The position numbers and the translations under genes were made by a program. The notes beneath the pieces are model-generated. The model saw only the letters and a program-made list of their open reading frames with translations. It was not told where the DNA came from and did no database searches. Shown in pieces: positions 27,621 to 39,112 of a stretch of 64,000 nucleotides of DNA. Location: positions 28 through 64,027 of the forward strand of contig CALVYS010000003.1 of assembly GCA_944372355.1 (NCBI GenBank). The letters run 5' to 3'. The stretch comes from an uncultured Clostridia bacterium (GTDB lineage Bacteria > Bacillota > Clostridia > Christensenellales > UBA1242). Within the stretch, counting starts at the first letter, position 1. Each line of letters starts with the position of its first letter.

Positions 27621-27649
27621 TTGGTTAAAAAGTCAAAATATGATATAAT
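27621..27649 (+). promoter_or_regulatory. Sigma-A-type promoter (extended -10)
   Basis: TTGGTT (27621-27626), 17-nt spacer ending in TGA, TATAAT (27644-27649). Confidence 0.55.
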
Positions 27650-27684
27650 CTAAACAAGAGAAACAAGTTTAACTGGGAGACGAG

Positions 27685-29631
27685 ATGACATCGAAATATG
27701 AAGCAAAAGACATTGTTGTGCTTGAAGGGCTTGATGCTGTCAGGCTTAGGCCGGGCATGTATATCGGCACAACAGGGCCGAAAGGTTTTCATCACATTTT
27801 ATGGGAGATCGTGGACAACGCGATTGACGAAATTTCAAGTGGGTTTGGCAGCACTATAACCATAACTTTGAATCAAGATGGCAGTGCAACGGTGGAAGAT
27901 GACGGCCGTGGCATTCCTGTTGACATTCACCCAACCATGAAAAAATCTGGCGTGGAGGTTGTTTACACAACCTTGCATGCTGGTGGAAAATTTAACAATT
28001 CCAACTACAAGTTCTCTGGTGGTTTGCATGGTGTGGGCGCTTCTGTGACCAACGCTCTCTCTTCTTGGTGCGATGTCACTGTTTGCCGCAATGGCAAGAT
28101 TTACAACATGCGTTTTGAATCGCTGGAAGACAAAGATGGCAAGGTTCATGGCGGCCAGGTTGTAAAACCTTTGGAAGAGGTTGGCACTTGCAAATCCACG
28201 GGCACCAAAGTGACATTTTTGCCAGACAAACGCATCTTTGGCGACCAACAATTCAGCTTTGATATGATTGCAAAACGGGCAAGAGAACTGGCGTTTTTAA
28301 ACAAAAACTTAAAGATCAATGTGATCGACAAGATCGGTGGAGGGCAAGACACTTTTCACTATGAAGGCGGAATCGCAGATTTTGCGCGTTATCTTGTCGA
28401 AGGCAAAACCAAGCTTTTTGCCGATCCTATTTACATCGAGCAGGAAGATGATGATTTCAAAATGGAGCTTGCTCTCATCTACACGGATTCTTACACAGAA
28501 AATTGTTTTTCGTATGTCAACAACATTCCAACCACCGAGGGCGGAACGCATGAAACCGGGGCAAGGTCGGCACTTACAAAGGTGTTTAATGACTATGCAC
28601 GTGCAAACAATTTTTTGAAGGAAAAAGAGGCCAACTTTTTGGGCGAAGATTTCAGAGAGGGCATCACGATTGTGCTTTCTGTGAAAATGAACAACGTGCA
28701 GTTTGAAGGTCAAACCAAGACAAAACTTGGAAACCCTGAGGCCAGGGTCAAAGTGGAGGCCTTGACAATCAAGGGCTTGCAAGAGTTTTTAAGTCAAAGA
28801 AAATCCGGCACGGTTGCAGAGGCGATTTTGGAAAAGGCCAAGGGTGCGGCCAAAACCAGAGAGGCGGCACGCCGGGCCAAAGAGTTGACACGAGCAAAAA
28901 ACTCGGCAGACAATTTCAACCTTGTTGGAAAACTTGCAGCCTCATCTTCTCGAAACAGAGAAAAGGCCGAGTTGTTCATCGTGGAAGGTGATTCGGCTGG
29001 TGGCAGTGCAAAGCAGGGCAGAGATCGTTCCTTCCAGGCCATATTGCCTCTTAGAGGAAAACCTTTGAATGCGGAAAAGAAAAGAATCGATCAGGTTTTG
29101 GGAAATGAAGAAATTCGAACCATAATCTCGGCGCTGGAAACGGGGATTGGCGAGGATTTTGACCTGTCGTCACTTCGCTACAACAAAGTCATCATTCTTT
29201 CAGATGCCGATCAGGACGGCGCGCACATTCGTGCGATTTTGCTGACGTTTTTCTATCGATATATGCGAGAGCTCATCAATGATGGACATGTTTTTATTGG
29301 CCTTCCACCACTTTACAAGGTTTACAAAAAGGGCTATGAGGAATATGTTTATTCCGATGCCGAGCTTCCTGCTGCAACGGCCAGGGCTGGCAAGGGATAT
29401 ATGATTCAAAGATACAAAGGTCTTGGTGAAATGAATCCAGATCAGCTTTTTGAAACCACGATGGATCCAGAAAAACGCACTCTTATCCAGGTGACGATCG
29501 ATGATGCCGCTGAGGCTGAAAAGATGGTTGTCACACTGATGGGAGACGACATTGAGGCAAGAAAAGACTACATTTCAAAACACGCCAACTTTGACAGGGT
29601 TGACGAGTTTATGAACGAATATAAAAGTTAG
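27685..29631 (+). CDS. Type IIA topoisomerase subunit B (DNA gyrase/topoisomerase IV, GyrB/ParE family)
   Basis: GHKL ATPase motifs ([23 protein letters not shown]) and Toprim EGDSAGG; 648 aa. GyrB and ParE cannot be told apart by eye. Confidence 0.9.
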   Translation: MTSKYEAKDIVVLEGLDAVRLRPGMYIGTTGPKGFHHILWEIVDNAIDEISSGFGSTITITLNQDGSATVEDDGRGIPVDIHPTMKKSGVEVVYTTLHAGGKFNNSNYKFSGGLHGVGASVTNALSSWCDVTVCRNGKIYNMRFESLEDKDGKVHGGQVVKPLEEVGTCKSTGTKVTFLPDKRIFGDQQFSFDMIAKRARELAFLNKNLKINVIDKIGGGQDTFHYEGGIADFARYLVEGKTKLFADPIYIEQEDDDFKMELALIYTDSYTENCFSYVNNIPTTEGGTHETGARSALTKVFNDYARANNFLKEKEANFLGEDFREGITIVLSVKMNNVQFEGQTKTKLGNPEARVKVEALTIKGLQEFLSQRKSGTVAEAILEKAKGAAKTREAARRAKELTRAKNSADNFNLVGKLAASSSRNREKAELFIVEGDSAGGSAKQGRDRSFQAILPLRGKPLNAEKKRIDQVLGNEEIRTIISALETGIGEDFDLSSLRYNKVIILSDADQDGAHIRAILLTFFYRYMRELINDGHVFIGLPPLYKVYKKGYEEYVYSDAELPAATARAGKGYMIQRYKGLGEMNPDQLFETTMDPEKRTLIQVTIDDAAEAEKMVVTLMGDDIEARKDYISKHANFDRVDEFMNEYKS

Positions 29632-29642
29632 GAGTGCGGAAT

Positions 29643-32024
29643 ATGGCAGACGAAATCATTTACAAATCATTAGAAGAGGTTTTGCATGATTCTATGATTC
29701 CTTACACCGAGCACGTGGTTTTGGATCGTGCGCTTCCGCGTGTGGAAGATGGGTTGAAACCTGTTCAGCGCAGGATTCTCTACTCAATGTTGGAGCTTGG
29801 CTTGCAGCCAGAAAAACCTTTCAGAAAGTCGGCAAGGATCGTGGGCGATTGCATGGGCAAATATCACCCTCACGGCGACAGTTCGGTTTATGACGCCATG
29901 GTGAGAATGAGTCAAGATTTTGTTTTGCGCGCTCCGCTTGTGGAAGGGCACGGAAACTTTGGCTCGATCGATGGTGACAGCCCTGCGGCTATGCGTTACA
30001 CTGAGGCCAAACTTGCACCGCTTGCAATGGAGCTTTTGCGTGATCTAGAAAAGGACACGGTCAAATGGAGTCTCAACTTTGATGACACTTTGAAAGAGCC
30101 AGACATGCTTCCTGGAAGATTTCCAAACCTGCTTGTCAATGGCGCTTCTGGAATTGCGGTTGGCGTTGCAACAAACATTCCTCCGCACAACCTTGGCGAG
30201 GTTATTGACGGCGTTGTGGCATATATCGACAATCCAAAAATATCATTAGATCAGATGATGCAGATCATCAAAGGCCCAGATTTTCCAACTGGTGGCGAGC
30301 TTATTTTTGAAGATGGCTTAAAAAACGCCTATGCCACAGGCAAGGGAAAAATCACGCTGCGTGCCAAGGTGGGGATCGAGGCGAGTGGCGAGCGCACGTC
30401 ACTTGTCATCACTGAACTGCCTTATCAAGTCAACAAGGCCATGCTTTTGCAAAAGATCGTCGAACTCAAAGAAAACAACAAAGACAAACTTTCTGCCATC
30501 AGCGAGATTCGAGACGAATCCGACAAAAATGGCATGAGAGCGATAATTAGGCTTAAAAAGGATTCAGATCCTAAAAAAATCCTGGAAATTTTGTTCAAAT
30601 CCACAAATCTGCAAACTTCATATGCTTTCAACATGGTGGCAATCGCTGGTGGCAAACCAAGGCTTATGGGGCTTTTGGACATTATTTCCTATTACACAAA
30701 CTATCAGCGTGAAGTCATAATCAGGCGCACTCGCTTTGATCTTAACGCGGCAAAAGAGCGCGCACACATCGTGGAAGGTTTGCTTAAAGCGATTGCAAAC
30801 ATCGACGCAGTGATCAAAATCATCAAAACTAGTGCAACCGTGACCGATGCAAAAACACGCTTAAAAGCCAAATTTGGTTTTTCCGAAAAGCAAACACAAG
30901 CGATTTTGGATATGCGCCTTGCAAGGCTTGTGAATTTGGAAGAGGACAAGCTTAAAGCGGAACTCAAAGAGCTTAAAGAAACCATTGAAAGATTGACCAA
31001 AATTTTGAATTCCAAAACCGAGCAAAACAACGTGATCAAAAAAGAGATCTTGGAAATCAAAAAAGCCTATTCAACTCCAAGAAAAAGCACGATTTGCAAG
31101 TCAAGCGAAATCAAAGTGAGAGAGCTCAGCGAAGAGGCCTCCTCTGTGCAAAACTTTGTTTTGGCTCTTTCTGCTGCTGGAACCATCAAAAAGGTGACCA
31201 CGAAAAACTACTCTATGTCCAACAAGAATTTGATTGATGGATCAACTCTTTGCGACGTTCACACAACGGTGCTGACTTGCGCGTCAAACGATGTTGTTCT
31301 GATTTTCTCAGATCGAGGAAATGTGATAAAAATGACGGCAGAAAAGCTCAAAGAATGCAAGTGGCGTGACAAGGGCTTTTCAATGCACAGCCTTGATGAA
31401 AATGCGCACCCAAATGAAAAGGCTGTGGCAATTTTGATTGCCGGAAAAGGCGAAGAGGTGGTGTTCTACACTCGTGAGGGCATGATCAAACGCTCAACGC
31501 TTTCAGACACCTTGACTGTCAAAACCTTCTATCAAGCTGTGAAAATCAACGAGGGCGACCTTTTAATTGGCGTGGAATATGCACAAAAAGGCAAGGCCAT
31601 CTTGATGCTTTCATCAAAAGGAATGTCGCTGGCGTTTGACATCGCTGAGGTGCCATTGCAAGGCAGAATTTCTGCGGGTGTGAAAGGCATCAATCTCGAC
31701 GAGGGTGACAGCGTCGTCTTCGCTGGCATGGTGGCTTCAAATGAAGTGGTCGTGGCAGCGTCGCAGAGCGGAATGCTAAAAAAGATTGAATGCTCAAACT
31801 TTGCCGTTGGAACGCGCTATCGCAAGGGTTTAAAATACTTCTCCTTGAAAGGTGGAGATTCTGTAACATTTGCTTGCACAAACTCCAAGTCGCAAGTTAT
31901 AGCCGTGGATTTTGGTTTAAAAATCCTGCCGCTTGACACCAAAAAGTTCAAATTGCATGAAAGGTTGTCAGCTGGCGATGAAATCATAAAGAAAAGATTT
32001 TTAGGCATTTATCAATATTGCTAA
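29643..32024 (+). CDS. Type IIA topoisomerase subunit A (GyrA/ParC family; ParC-like features)
   Basis: [34 protein letters not shown] and [13 protein letters not shown] 29643 follows AGGAG. No GyrA-box (QRRGGKG-like) was seen in the C-terminal domain. Confidence 0.9.
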   Translation: MADEIIYKSLEEVLHDSMIPYTEHVVLDRALPRVEDGLKPVQRRILYSMLELGLQPEKPFRKSARIVGDCMGKYHPHGDSSVYDAMVRMSQDFVLRAPLVEGHGNFGSIDGDSPAAMRYTEAKLAPLAMELLRDLEKDTVKWSLNFDDTLKEPDMLPGRFPNLLVNGASGIAVGVATNIPPHNLGEVIDGVVAYIDNPKISLDQMMQIIKGPDFPTGGELIFEDGLKNAYATGKGKITLRAKVGIEASGERTSLVITELPYQVNKAMLLQKIVELKENNKDKLSAISEIRDESDKNGMRAIIRLKKDSDPKKILEILFKSTNLQTSYAFNMVAIAGGKPRLMGLLDIISYYTNYQREVIIRRTRFDLNAAKERAHIVEGLLKAIANIDAVIKIIKTSATVTDAKTRLKAKFGFSEKQTQAILDMRLARLVNLEEDKLKAELKELKETIERLTKILNSKTEQNNVIKKEILEIKKAYSTPRKSTICKSSEIKVRELSEEASSVQNFVLALSAAGTIKKVTTKNYSMSNKNLIDGSTLCDVHTTVLTCASNDVVLIFSDRGNVIKMTAEKLKECKWRDKGFSMHSLDENAHPNEKAVAILIAGKGEEVVFYTREGMIKRSTLSDTLTVKTFYQAVKINEGDLLIGVEYAQKGKAILMLSSKGMSLAFDIAEVPLQGRISAGVKGINLDEGDSVVFAGMVASNEVVVAASQSGMLKKIECSNFAVGTRYRKGLKYFSLKGGDSVTFACTNSKSQVIAVDFGLKILPLDTKKFKLHERLSAGDEIIKKRFLGIYQYC

Positions 32025-32036
32025 ACAAAAAAAATC

Positions 32037-32070
32037 AACCACACCGGTTTTGCAGGTGTGGTTTTTTTTT
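32037..32070 (+). terminator. Rho-independent terminator
   Basis: AACCACACC-ggttttgca-GGTGTGGTT followed by T9. Confidence 0.85.
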
Positions 32071-32208
32071 GCATATTTTTCTTTTTGCACTCGTAAAGTA
32101 GGTTAGACCGCATCATTCGACACCGCTCGGCAGTTTTAGACAGGAAATTGTGCCGGGTGCGTTTTGTGGAAATATGCAAATAAATTATTATTAAAAGCGA
32201 GGTTTGCA

Positions 32209-32994
32209 ATGCGCAATTTTTGGGTAGTCAAATCTAGAACCATCAAAATCGTGATAGCCATGTTGATCGTCGTCATTCTTTTGACAGTCTCGTTTGGCGG
32301 TGTTCAACTTGCTGAGGTGTTTTTCGGTTACTCAACCAGAAAAGTGCCAGTTTATTCGGTAGACACACAAAACAAACAGGTTGCCATTTCGTTTGATGCC
32401 GCATGGGGAGCGGACAAAACCGATGGCATTTTGGAAATTTTAAAAGAGTATGATGTCACAGCAACCTTCTTTCTTGTAGGCTTTTGGGTAGACGAATACG
32501 GAGAGAAAGTTCAGGCGATCTCTGATGCAGGAATGGAAATTGGCACTCACTCAGAAAACCACCCAGATATGGCGAAATTAGATGCAGAAACCATCAAAAA
32601 CGAGCTTGTCACCTCAACTCAGAAAATAGAAAATATAACAAACAAGAAAGTTGAGTTGTTCCGTGCACCTTTTGGTTCTTACAACAACACGTTGCTTGAT
32701 CAGGCTGAAAGTTTGGGTCTTATCACAATTCAGTGGGACGTTGACACACTAGATTGGAAAGGCTTGTCTGCGGCTGAAATGAGCGCTCGCGTCAACAGCA
32801 AGGTGAAAAACGGGTCAATCATATTGATGCATAACAATTCTGACAATATCTTAGATGGATTAAGACTGATTTTGGATTGCTTAACCATGCAGGGCTATGA
32901 TGTCACAAGCGTTGGTGAGTTGATCTATAAAGACAACTTTGAGATTGACAGAAATGGTGTGCAGCACAGCCTAAACAGCGAAAGTGCTTCCTGA
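32209..32994 (+). CDS. Polysaccharide deacetylase (NodB/CE4 family, membrane-anchored)
   Basis: ISFDAAWG, ATFFLVG, HSENHPDM and LFRAPFGSY motifs. ATG 32209 gives an N-terminal TM. Confidence 0.85.
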   Translation: MRNFWVVKSRTIKIVIAMLIVVILLTVSFGGVQLAEVFFGYSTRKVPVYSVDTQNKQVAISFDAAWGADKTDGILEILKEYDVTATFFLVGFWVDEYGEKVQAISDAGMEIGTHSENHPDMAKLDAETIKNELVTSTQKIENITNKKVELFRAPFGSYNNTLLDQAESLGLITIQWDVDTLDWKGLSAAEMSARVNSKVKNGSIILMHNNSDNILDGLRLILDCLTMQGYDVTSVGELIYKDNFEIDRNGVQHSLNSESAS

Positions 32995-33039
32995 CGAAGC
33001 CTGCGTTTTTCTTGCCAAATTTTAAAAGGAGAAAATGAT

Positions 33040-33732
33040 ATGCAACACCTAAGAAAGAATGAGGTTATCCTTTCTGGAAAGGTTTCATCTCCACCAGTTT
33101 ACAGCCATGAAGTGGCGGGTGGAGAAAAATTTTATGAATTTATTTTAGATGTGCGCCGTCTTTCGGGCGCAGTTGACAGTTTGCCAATCACCATAAGTGA
33201 AAGGCTTATGCAAACGCAAACTTTCACCGATTTTAAAAAGGGAGATGCGCTTGAAATAACAGGAGATTTTCGATCTCACAATCAAGAAGCAGAGGGCAAA
33301 AGTAAGTTGATATTGTCGGTGTTTTGCAAGTCGGTTGCGCCAAAAACCGATGAGATCGATGCAAATCAAATCGACCTTGTGGGATATGTTTGCAAGCCGC
33401 CGATTTACAGGGTGACACCGCTCAATCGTCAAATCAATGATTTGCTTTTGGCTGTCAATCGCCAAAACAGAAAAAGCGACTATATTCCACTCATCATTTG
33501 GGGCCGAAACGCCACGATGGCCAAGGATTACAAGGTCGGCGACTGCATTGGAATCAAGGGCAGGGTGCAGTCGAGGATATTCACCAAAGTGATCGGTGAT
33601 GTGACTGAGGAGCGAACGGCCTATGAAGTCAGCGTGCAAGAAGTTTACTCATATCTTCCAAAACTTGAAAAGCACCTAAACTTCAATGAGGATCAGGCGT
33701 TAAAACCGCCATTTGATATTGCAAGAGGCTAA
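33040..33732 (+). CDS. Tandem OB-fold, SSB-like protein
   Basis: Two internal repeats (NEVILSGKVSSPPVYSH... and NQIDLVGYVCKPPIYRV...) with OB-fold/SSB-like patterns; no acidic SSB tail. Confidence 0.55.
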   Translation: MQHLRKNEVILSGKVSSPPVYSHEVAGGEKFYEFILDVRRLSGAVDSLPITISERLMQTQTFTDFKKGDALEITGDFRSHNQEAEGKSKLILSVFCKSVAPKTDEIDANQIDLVGYVCKPPIYRVTPLNRQINDLLLAVNRQNRKSDYIPLIIWGRNATMAKDYKVGDCIGIKGRVQSRIFTKVIGDVTEERTAYEVSVQEVYSYLPKLEKHLNFNEDQALKPPFDIARG

Positions 33733-33765
33733 AAAAACCGCTTAAATTTAAGCGGTTTTTATTTT
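33731..33765. terminator. Bidirectional terminator
   Basis: aaaaaaACCGCTTAAATTTAAGCGGTtttt palindrome between convergent genes. Confidence 0.8.
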
Positions 33766-35267
33766 ATCAAAGCATTTGTCATGGAAGAAGGGATTTGAAG
33801 ATTCAGCATTTTTAATATGGTTGGAGCAACATTTGCTATGCTTGCATTTTTGATTTTTTTCAACTTGCGTTTTTGATTTGTCACAAGAATGAAAGGCACT
33901 TTGCTTGTGGTGTGTGAAGTCACTGGCGAGCCATAGCGGTCATACATGATTTCAGCGTTGCCGTGATCTGCGGTGATAATGCATTCGCCGCCAGCCATAA
34001 GCGTGGCAAGTGCGATGGCATAGGCCTGTTTGTCAACACATTCAGCGGCCTCTTTGGCTGAATTGAAATTTCCTGTGTGGCCAAGCATGTCGGCATTGGA
34101 GTAGTTGATCAAAACAAAATCATATTTTTGTGACGCAATCGCTTCGATTGCTCCTTCGGTGATTTCCAAGGCCCTCATTTTAGGGTAGGGTGAAAAATCG
34201 GTGGTTTCAATGCTTTCAATCAATTTGCGATCTTCGCCTTCATAAGGCTCTTCAATCGTGCCATTGAAAAAGAAGGTCACATGCGCATATTTTGTGGTTT
34301 CGGCTATGTGAAATTGTTTTAATCCGGCCTTGGAAATCAAAGCCGAAAGGTTATCTTCAATTCGCTCAGGAGGGAAGATGACGTGAACATTTTTAAGTTC
34401 GTCATCGTAGTTTTCCATGGTTGCAAAATAGAGGTTTTTGAACTTTTTTGTTTTGAAAGCGTCAAATTTTGGATCGGTGAAAGCAAAAGACAGCTCGCGC
34501 GCGCGGTCAGAGCGGAAATTGAAGAAAATCACACTGTCGCCGTCACGAACAAGGCCTTCCTTGTCAATCAAAATTGGCTCGACAAATTCGTCAGTTTTGC
34601 CGTTTGCGTAGCTTGCCTTCACAGCTTCAACAGGGCTATCAAATTTTTCACCCTTTCCGCTTACATAAAGGTCATATGCCTTTTTAAGCCGATCATATCG
34701 CTTTTCGCGGTCCATAGCAAAAACTCTGCCACAAACGGTTGCGATCTTTGCGGTGGAGCCTTCCATAAACTCCATCAAATCGTCAAGATAAAACTGTCCA
34801 TGAGTGGGGTTGGTGTCGCGGCCATCGGTGATTGCATGAACAAAAACTTTGTTTATTTTGCGCTCCTTTGCTAGTGAAAGGATCGCTTCAAGATGTGAAA
34901 TGTGAGAATGCACTCCGCCGTCAGAAACCAAGCCGACAAGGTGAAGTGCGGAGTTGTTGCTTTCAACATGATCCATGGCGGCGTTTAAAACTGGCAATGA
35001 AAAAAACTTCCCAGACTGTATGCTTCTGTCAATTTTTTCAAGATTTTGCAAAACAACTCTTCCAGCGCCCAGAGTCAGATGACCAACCTCGGAGTTTCCC
35101 ATCTGACCAGCAGGCAAGCCAACGGCGTTGCCACTTGCAAGCAGCTGAGTGTGAGGATATTTTTTCAATAGTTTTTTCAAATTTGGCGTTCCAGAGGCCT
35201 TTATGGCGTTTCCGAAACGCGATTTATTGATTCCAAAGCCGTCCAAAACGACAAGAGTTATCATCAT
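33759..35267 (-). CDS. gpmI: 2,3-bisphosphoglycerate-independent phosphoglycerate mutase
   Basis: MITLVVLDGFG, GNSEVGH and ITADHGNAE motifs. Start at one of the tandem ATGs 35267/35264 after GAGGTG. Confidence 0.95.
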   Translation of the reverse strand: MMITLVVLDGFGINKSRFGNAIKASGTPNLKKLLKKYPHTQLLASGNAVGLPAGQMGNSEVGHLTLGAGRVVLQNLEKIDRSIQSGKFFSLPVLNAAMDHVESNNSALHLVGLVSDGGVHSHISHLEAILSLAKERKINKVFVHAITDGRDTNPTHGQFYLDDLMEFMEGSTAKIATVCGRVFAMDREKRYDRLKKAYDLYVSGKGEKFDSPVEAVKASYANGKTDEFVEPILIDKEGLVRDGDSVIFFNFRSDRARELSFAFTDPKFDAFKTKKFKNLYFATMENYDDELKNVHVIFPPERIEDNLSALISKAGLKQFHIAETTKYAHVTFFFNGTIEEPYEGEDRKLIESIETTDFSPYPKMRALEITEGAIEAIASQKYDFVLINYSNADMLGHTGNFNSAKEAAECVDKQAYAIALATLMAGGECIITADHGNAEIMYDRYGSPVTSHTTSKVPFILVTNQKRKLKKIKNASIANVAPTILKMLNLQIPSSMTNALIK

Positions 35268-35319
35268 TTCACCTCGCAAGAGGAGTTTAACACTAAAAGC
35301 CTCGTCATGTCAAACAAAT

Positions 35320-35754
35320 TTATCTTTTGCCGAAATGTTCGTCGAACAGGCTGTCTTGCTTGGAGGAATGGTTTTTATTATAATCGTAATCTTCGTCATA
35401 TCTTTGGTCGTTTTCATGATAGCCGCTTTCACGCAAACGCTCCTGCTCTTTTTCCTCAGCCGAGCGTTTTCGAGTTTGCTCTTTGCCAGCCTCTATGTCA
35501 GAGTTTGCGGCGGCCATGTTTTGCATTTTGGCCTTGGCTTTTTTAAACCCCCACACGTGAATAGAGCCCTTGTCCAAAAACAGCCTAACCACCAAAAACA
35601 CAGCAGCGGCGCCAACCAGAATATAAATCAGGCGTGAAAACACGCTGCCTTGATATCCGAAAATTCCTGCCACAAAATCATATTGCAAAAGCCCGATCAG
35701 CAACCAGTTTATGCCGCCGGCAACCGTTAAAACAAAGGCAATAAATGTGAGCAT
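35320..35754 (-). CDS. DUF378-family membrane protein with charged C-terminal extension
   Basis: ATG 35754 follows AAGGAG. The N-terminus MLTFIAFVLTVAGGINWLLIGLLQYDFVAGIFG is typical of DUF378. Confidence 0.75.
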   Translation of the reverse strand: MLTFIAFVLTVAGGINWLLIGLLQYDFVAGIFGYQGSVFSRLIYILVGAAAVFLVVRLFLDKGSIHVWGFKKAKAKMQNMAAANSDIEAGKEQTRKRSAEEKEQERLRESGYHENDQRYDEDYDYNKNHSSKQDSLFDEHFGKR

Positions 35755-35825
35755 ATGCAAAAATCTCCTTTTTAATTTTCTGTTAGTATGAGTAGAAAAT
35801 TTAACAAAAATTCTTAAATTTTTGA

Positions 35826-35854
35826 TTGACTTTTTTGTTTTTGGTGCATATAAT
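35826..35854 (+). promoter_or_regulatory. Sigma-A-type promoter of greA
   Basis: TTGACT (35826-35831), 17-nt spacer, TATAAT (35849-35854). Confidence 0.65.
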
Positions 35855-35885
35855 ATCATTATTGTTGACTTGGAGGTAACAGACT

Positions 35886-36356
35886 ATGGCAGAAAAATAT
35901 CTGACACCAGAGGGAAAAAAACAACTTGAAGAAAAACTCCAATATTTGAAAACGGTAAAACGTCCAGAAGTTGTGAAAAAAATTGGTATTGCTCGTGAAT
36001 ATGGAGACTTATCAGAAAATGCTGAGTATGATGCTGCAAAAGACGAGCAGGCTTTGTTGGAAATTCAAATCGCTGAAATCGAAGACACTCTTTTGAACGC
36101 GATTATAATCAAAAAGGGAAGCATCGACACATCAAAAGTCAGCATCGGCACCAAAGTCAAAGTTCACGACATTGAATTCGACGAAGATGTGACTTACACT
36201 ATTATTGGCTCTGACGAAAGCGATCCTAAAAATGGAATCATCAGCAACGTTTCACCAGTTGGTTCGGCACTTCTTGGCCACAAGGTGGGAGATGTTGTCA
36301 ATGTCACAACACCAAACGGAGAAATCCAGTTTAAAATTTTGTCAATAAGCGTTTAA
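35886..36356 (+). CDS. greA: Transcription elongation factor GreA
   Basis: LT.EG...LE.EL..L...RPEV...I..ARE.GDLSENAEYDAAK pattern; 156 aa. Confidence 0.95.
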   Translation: MAEKYLTPEGKKQLEEKLQYLKTVKRPEVVKKIGIAREYGDLSENAEYDAAKDEQALLEIQIAEIEDTLLNAIIIKKGSIDTSKVSIGTKVKVHDIEFDEDVTYTIIGSDESDPKNGIISNVSPVGSALLGHKVGDVVNVTTPNGEIQFKILSISV

Positions 36357-36447
36357 AATTTTGTTAAAATTTTAACATTCGCGCTTAATTTTGTTGCGTT
36401 AAATTTCTTATTTTGTTATACTAATTTTACAAAATAGGATAAAGGAT

Positions 36448-37374
36448 ATGACATTTAAAAACTATTTAAAGCTTGCCGTTGCAAACTTTGATAAAACATG
36501 GAAACTTGTTTTATATCGCATCATAGTTTGGGTGGTTTTGATTGCACTTATGGCACCTTGCTACAATGTCTTAAAAGATGTGACATTAAGCGTTTGGGAT
36601 TTGGATCTTTTCACCGCTTTTGCAGGGAATGGGCTTTTTTATGGAGTCAATGTCACGCCTGTGTTTGTTTCTGTTTTGCAAGTTGCAATCACATTTTTGA
36701 CCACACTTTTCACATCTTACACTGCGGTTGGCGTTTATCTTGTAATTGTCCTCTTTTTGCTTCGTCCATTTCTTTTAAACATTGGCAGATTTGTCGTTGA
36801 CGAGATGATGTATGGTTTCATGTCAAGCCATGCCAAACTTGGTTTCAGCTCAACATTTGTCCGCACCTTGAAAAGGTCGATCCCTTATGCCTTTTTCAGA
36901 ACGCTTTATTGTTTGCCATTCAACTTTGCTGTTGCCAACGCCTTCTACGGCCTTGCAATGGCAAATTGGGGCGCAGCCAGCCTTGCAATGCCGTTTGTCT
37001 TTTTGCTTGTGGCAGCCATCGTGCTTTCACTCAAACAAGCGCTCATTTTGGGTTGGGGCCCAGCGATGGTCGTTTATGGCGAAAATGTGTTCAAATCCTT
37101 CCGTTTGGGAATAAAGGCTGTAAGCAGAAATCTGCCTGTGGCATTCATCTTTTCATTCTTTGCTTATTTTGCATTGATTTTGGTGGCACTTGGCCTTGGG
37201 CCTTTCAGTTTGATCGTGTTGATCCCTCTGTTTGAGGTGGTTTCTTCCATGTTTGAGACGATGTTCTTTTTTGCCTGCCAGGGCATGAGATATTATATTG
37301 ACAAAGACACGGTGCTCTCTTCAAAAAAACTTGAAGAGCAAGACACCATGAGCAAAGTAAAGTTTTTGTTATAA
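36448..37374 (+). CDS. Polytopic membrane protein, unknown function
   Basis: 308 aa with at least 6 hydrophobic helices; no motif recognised. Confidence 0.6.
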   Translation: MTFKNYLKLAVANFDKTWKLVLYRIIVWVVLIALMAPCYNVLKDVTLSVWDLDLFTAFAGNGLFYGVNVTPVFVSVLQVAITFLTTLFTSYTAVGVYLVIVLFLLRPFLLNIGRFVVDEMMYGFMSSHAKLGFSSTFVRTLKRSIPYAFFRTLYCLPFNFAVANAFYGLAMANWGAASLAMPFVFLLVAAIVLSLKQALILGWGPAMVVYGENVFKSFRLGIKAVSRNLPVAFIFSFFAYFALILVALGLGPFSLIVLIPLFEVVSSMFETMFFFACQGMRYYIDKDTVLSSKKLEEQDTMSKVKFLL

Positions 37375-37456
37375 AAACAGCTGCAAATTTTGTTTTAGAC
37401 AAGCTTTAAAAAAGCTTGAATTTTAAAATTTTTTAAAAAAACTTAAAAGGAGAAAA

Positions 37457-39112
37457 ATGACAAACAAAGTAAAAATCACCTTTCTTGGCGGTGTGGGTGA
37501 AATCGGAAAAAATATGACCGCCATTGAGTATAACGACGAAATCATCGTCATCGATGCTGGATTAACCTTTCCGGGAGAGGATTTGCCGGGCGTTGACATT
37601 GTCATTCCAGACATCACATATCTGAAAACCAACAAAGACAAGGTCAAGGCAATTTTGCTCACTCACGGTCACGAGGACCACATTGGAGCATTGCCTTTTG
37701 TGTTGAATCAGCTCAACGTGCCAATCTATGGTTCACGCTTGACGCTGGCACTTGTTGAAAACAAGATGAAAGAATTTCCAAACGTGAAATACAAGGCGAT
37801 TTCAGTCAAACCTAAAAATGTGCTAAAACTTGGGTCATTCGTGATCGAATTTATCAAAGTCAGCCACTCTATTGCAGGTTCGCTTGCACTTTGTGTGACA
37901 ACGCCAGTTGGAAACATCTTCCACACAGGCGACTTTAAAATTGACTTTGAGCCAATCGATGGAGAGATGACCGACCTTGTGCGCATGGGAGAACTTGGCA
38001 AACGAGGCATCAAACTTTTGCTTTGCGAAAGCACAAACGTTTGCCGCAAGGGCTACTCCATGAGTGAACGTTCGGTTGGACGCACACTTGACACTATATT
38101 TGAAAAAAATCCAAACAAAAGGCTTTTTGTTGCAACCTTTGCTTCCAACATTCACCGTATGCAACAGATCCTGGATTTGGCGGAAAAATATAAAAGAAAA
38201 GTTGCCTTCACTGGCAGAAGTATGATCAATGTCAGCGAAGTTGCATCAAAAATAGGTGAGCTCAAATACAACCGCGACATCATTGTAGATATCGACAAAA
38301 TTGACAAGTATGAAGACAAAGAGCTTTTGATTGTGACAACCGGCAGCCAGGGAGAGCCAATGAGCGCGCTCACAAGAATGGCAGCTGGTGAGTTTAAAAA
38401 GATCAAGCTTGGAGAAAACGATTTGGTGATCTTTTCGGCTTCACCAATTCCTGGCAATGAAAAATCGGTTTACAATGTCATCAACGCCATCTACAAACTC
38501 GGCGCAGATGTGATTTATGACGAACTTGCCGACGTTCACGCCTCAGGCCACGCGTGCCAGGAAGAGCTTAAAACCGTGCATTCTCTTTTGAAACCAACCT
38601 TCTTCATTCCAGTGCACGGAGAATACAGGCATATGAAAACTCACGCGCAGCTTGCAAGACAACTCGGCATGGAAGAGCGCAACATCTTGCTTCCATCGCT
38701 TGGTATGCAAGTGGAGCTTTCTGCAAACTCAATGAGACAATCCGGCTTTGTGACAGCAGGGCAGAGGCTGGTTGATGGAATCGGCATCGGCGACATGGAC
38801 AGCAACGTTTTGAAGGAGCGCAAGCAGCTTTCAGAGGAAGGCATTTGTGTTGTTGTTGTCAACATAAACAACGTTTCGGGCTGTGTGACAAGCGAGCCAT
38901 TTATAATCACTCGCGGCGTGGTTTATCAGGATGAGGCCGAGGCTTTCGTTCAAGACGCCAAAGCGGCCATCATCGCTTCGCTTAAAGAGCAGGATTTGCG
39001 TGGTGCTGAACCAGCGGTGATCAAAAGCACAATAAGACGCAACATTTCAAACTTTATATTCAAACGCACAAAAAGAAGACCGATGATTTTGACCATCGTC
39101 ACTCTTGAATAA
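37457..39112 (+). CDS. rnj: Ribonuclease J
   Basis: Metallo-beta-lactamase motif THGHEDHIGALP, beta-CASP region and C-terminal domain; 551 aa. Confidence 0.93.
   Translation: MTNKVKITFLGGVGEIGKNMTAIEYNDEIIVIDAGLTFPGEDLPGVDIVIPDITYLKTNKDKVKAILLTHGHEDHIGALPFVLNQLNVPIYGSRLTLALVENKMKEFPNVKYKAISVKPKNVLKLGSFVIEFIKVSHSIAGSLALCVTTPVGNIFHTGDFKIDFEPIDGEMTDLVRMGELGKRGIKLLLCESTNVCRKGYSMSERSVGRTLDTIFEKNPNKRLFVATFASNIHRMQQILDLAEKYKRKVAFTGRSMINVSEVASKIGELKYNRDIIVDIDKIDKYEDKELLIVTTGSQGEPMSALTRMAAGEFKKIKLGENDLVIFSASPIPGNEKSVYNVINAIYKLGADVIYDELADVHASGHACQEELKTVHSLLKPTFFIPVHGEYRHMKTHAQLARQLGMEERNILLPSLGMQVELSANSMRQSGFVTAGQRLVDGIGIGDMDSNVLKERKQLSEEGICVVVVNINNVSGCVTSEPFIITRGVVYQDEAEAFVQDAKAAIIASLKEQDLRGAEPAVIKSTIRRNISNFIFKRTKRRPMILTIVTLE

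Noticed and set aside
32071-32208. 138-nt leader upstream of the CE4 deacetylase gene, as a riboswitch
   Set aside because: I recognise no conserved riboswitch core and there is no terminator/antiterminator pair. It is probably just promoter and 5' UTR.
35203-35637. 144-aa plus-strand ORF
   Set aside because: It is antisense to the well-supported DUF378 gene and the gpmI start region, and it has no RBS.
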